751 bases of DNA, from sequence record M38285.1; one strand, given 5' to 3'. Positions 1-751 of this stretch are shown piece by piece; within the stretch, counting starts at the first letter, position 1, and each line of letters opens with the position of its first letter. The notes beneath the pieces are model-generated. The model ran no database searches. It was not told the DNA's origin and saw nothing but the letters and a program-made list of their open reading frames with translations. The translations under genes were made by a program, and so were the position numbers. This DNA comes from a phage.

Positions 1-32
1 TTGATTCAGGTAACAGGGAGAAAGGCGCATGA
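1..32 (+). CDS. 3' end of an upstream gene, truncated by the window edge; in phage lambda this position is occupied by ninI/orf221 (Ser/Thr protein phosphatase), but 9 codons cannot confirm the product
   Basis: Seen in sequence: the frame starting at nt 3 reads gat tca ggt aac agg gag aaa ggc gca TGA (D-S-G-N-R-E-K-G-A-stop), with the stop at 30-32 overlapping the Q start ATG at 29-31 (ATGA). Established knowledge from memory: in lambda the gene upstream of Q overlaps it by 4 bp in this way. Too short for the supplied ORF track. Confidence 0.45.
   Translation, partial: DSGNREKGA
15..25 (+). promoter_or_regulatory. Shine-Dalgarno / ribosome-binding site for Q
   Basis: Seen in sequence: purine-rich AGGGAGAAAGG at 15-25, with the GGGAG core at 16-20 lying 8 nt upstream of the ATG at 29. 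This spacing and composition are typical of an E. coli-type RBS. It sits inside the end of the upstream ORF, consistent with translational coupling. Confidence 0.7.
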
Positions 33-652
33 GACTCGAAAGCGTAGCTAAATTTCATTCGCCAAAAAGCCCGATGATGAGCGACTCACCACGGGCCACG
101 GCTTCTGACTCTCTTTCCGGTACTGATGTGATGGCTGCTATGGGGATGGCGCAATCACAAGCGGGATTCGGTATGGCTGCATTCTGCGGTAAGCACGAAC
201 TCAGCCAGAACGACAAACAAAAGGCTATCAACTATCTGATGCAATTTGCACACAAGGTATCGGGGAAATACCGCGGTGTGGCGAAGCTTGAAGGAAATAC
301 TAAGGCAAAGGTACTGCAAGTGCTCGCAACATTGCCTTATGCGGATTATTGCCGTAGTGGCGCGACGCCGGGGGCAAGATGCAGAGATTGCCATGGTACA
401 GGCCGTGCGGTTGATATTGCCAAAACAGAGCTGTGGGGGAGAGTTGTCGAGAAAGAGTGCGGAAGATGCAAAGGCGTCGGCTATTCAAGGATGCCAGCAA
501 GCGCAGCATATCGCGCTGTGACGATGCTAATCCCAAACCTTACCCAACCCACCTGGTCACGCACTGTTAAGCCGCTGTATGACGCTCTGGTGGTGCAATG
601 CCACAAAGAAGAGTCAATCGCAGACAACATTTTGAATGCGATCACACGTTAG
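29..652 (+). CDS. Q: Late-gene antitermination protein Q (lambda-type Q antiterminator), complete, 207 aa
   Basis: Seen in sequence: complete ORF from ATG at 29 to TAG at 650-652 with a good upstream SD. The translation (MRLESVAKFHSPKSPMMSD ... CRDCHGTG ... CGRCKGVG ... QCHKEESIADNILNAITR) is recognised as phage lambda Q, with the same 207-aa length and a Cys118/Cys121/Cys144/Cys147 zinc-binding motif. Context agrees: the pR' promoter and qut-like elements follow immediately downstream. Identity is from memory, not a search. Confidence 0.95.
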   Translation: MRLESVAKFHSPKSPMMSDSPRATASDSLSGTDVMAAMGMAQSQAGFGMAAFCGKHELSQNDKQKAINYLMQFAHKVSGKYRGVAKLEGNTKAKVLQVLATLPYADYCRSGATPGARCRDCHGTGRAVDIAKTELWGRVVEKECGRCKGVGYSRMPASAAYRAVTMLIPNLTQPTWSRTVKPLYDALVVQCHKEESIADNILNAITR

Positions 653-693
653 CAGCATGATCGCCACGGATGGCACATATTAACGGCATGATA

Positions 694-729
694 TTGACTT
701 ATTGAATAAAATTGGGTAAATTTGACTCA
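694..729 (+). promoter_or_regulatory. Late promoter pR' (sigma70 type): -35 TTGACT at 694-699, 17-bp spacer, -10 TAAATT at 717-722, predicted transcription start near A729
   Basis: Seen in sequence: consensus -35 hexamer TTGACT, 17-bp spacer (700-716) and -10 TAAATT (4/6 match to TATAAT), located 42 bp after the Q stop. Established knowledge: lambda pR' lies immediately downstream of Q and has this architecture. The start site is inferred from spacing (7 nt after the -10) and could be off by 1-2 nt. Confidence 0.85.
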
Positions 730-745
730 ACGATGGGTTAATTCG
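700..745 (+). promoter_or_regulatory. qut (Q-utilisation) site: Q-binding element in the promoter spacer region plus the promoter-proximal sigma-dependent pause elements (-35-like TTGACT 722-727, -10-like AACGAT 729-734, predicted pause near +16/+17 = 744/745)
   Basis: Seen in sequence: a second TTGACT at 722-727 followed after 1 bp by AACGAT at 729-734 in the initial transcribed region. Established knowledge: at lambda pR', sigma70 region 2 rebinds a -10-like element in the early transcribed region and causes a pause at +16/+17, and Q binds DNA between the -35 and -10 elements to load onto the paused complex. The exact QBE boundaries are inferred, not read from a motif. Confidence 0.7.
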
Positions 746-751
746 CTCGGT
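729..751 (+). ncRNA. 5' end of the pR' leader transcript (lambda 6S RNA, the short terminated transcript made without Q); truncated by the window edge
   Basis: Inference from the predicted pR' start site and knowledge that the lambda pR' transcript terminates at tR' about 194 nt downstream unless Q modifies the polymerase. The terminator is outside this window, so only the first ~23 nt are present. Confidence 0.45.

Noticed and set aside
155-394. 79-aa ORF on the minus strand from the six-frame track
   Set aside because: Lies entirely antisense within the well-supported Q coding region, has no recognisable RBS or protein family resemblance, and is of a length expected by chance. Judged spurious.
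246-521. 91-aa ORF on the plus strand in an alternative frame
   Set aside because: Lies entirely inside Q in a different frame; the translation is Arg/Cys/Gln-rich, as expected from out-of-frame reading of a coding sequence; no convincing SD precedes its ATG. Judged spurious.
300-536. 78-aa ORF on the minus strand from the six-frame track
   Set aside because: Antisense to Q, with an Arg/Leu/Ser-rich low-complexity translation typical of a non-coding frame and no supporting start signals. Judged spurious.
655-692. Short direct repeat GCATGAT at 655-661 and 686-692 in the Q-pR' intergenic spacer
   Set aside because: A 7-bp repeat 31 bp apart is within chance expectation, and I know of no regulatory site documented here. 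It could contribute to upstream promoter context but I cannot support a specific function.
653-693. Possible intrinsic terminator between Q and pR'
   Set aside because: No GC-rich inverted repeat followed by a T-tract is present in this 41-bp spacer. In lambda-type phages the relevant terminator (tR') lies downstream of pR', outside this window.
694-751. A protein-coding gene starting downstream of pR' within the window
   Set aside because: No ATG with a plausible RBS and open frame begins in the remaining ~55 nt; the ATG at 732-734 belongs to the AACGAT pause element and its frame hits a stop (TAA, 738-740) after one further codon. This region is the untranslated leader of the late transcript.

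Overview
This window is the late-gene antitermination module of a lambda-type (lambdoid) phage or prophage, and I see nothing in it that points to a previously undescribed system. It contains the last 9 codons of an upstream gene (1-32), a complete 207-aa Q antiterminator gene (29-652, + strand) overlapping it by ATGA, and the start of the late promoter pR' with its qut site (about 694-745). The Q assignment rests on direct recognition of the protein, including its Cys-X2-Cys...Cys-X2-Cys zinc-binding motif. The promoter and qut assignments rest on reading a -35 TTGACT / 17-bp spacer / -10 TAAATT directly, followed by the TTGACT-N1-AACGAT pause-inducing arrangement known from lambda pR'. The window ends about 22 nt into the pR' transcript, so the tR' terminator, the rest of the 6S leader RNA and the lysis genes are not visible. 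The three other ORFs in the six-frame track lie inside Q in other frames and are judged spurious. All identity statements come from memory of the lambda system, not from a database search.
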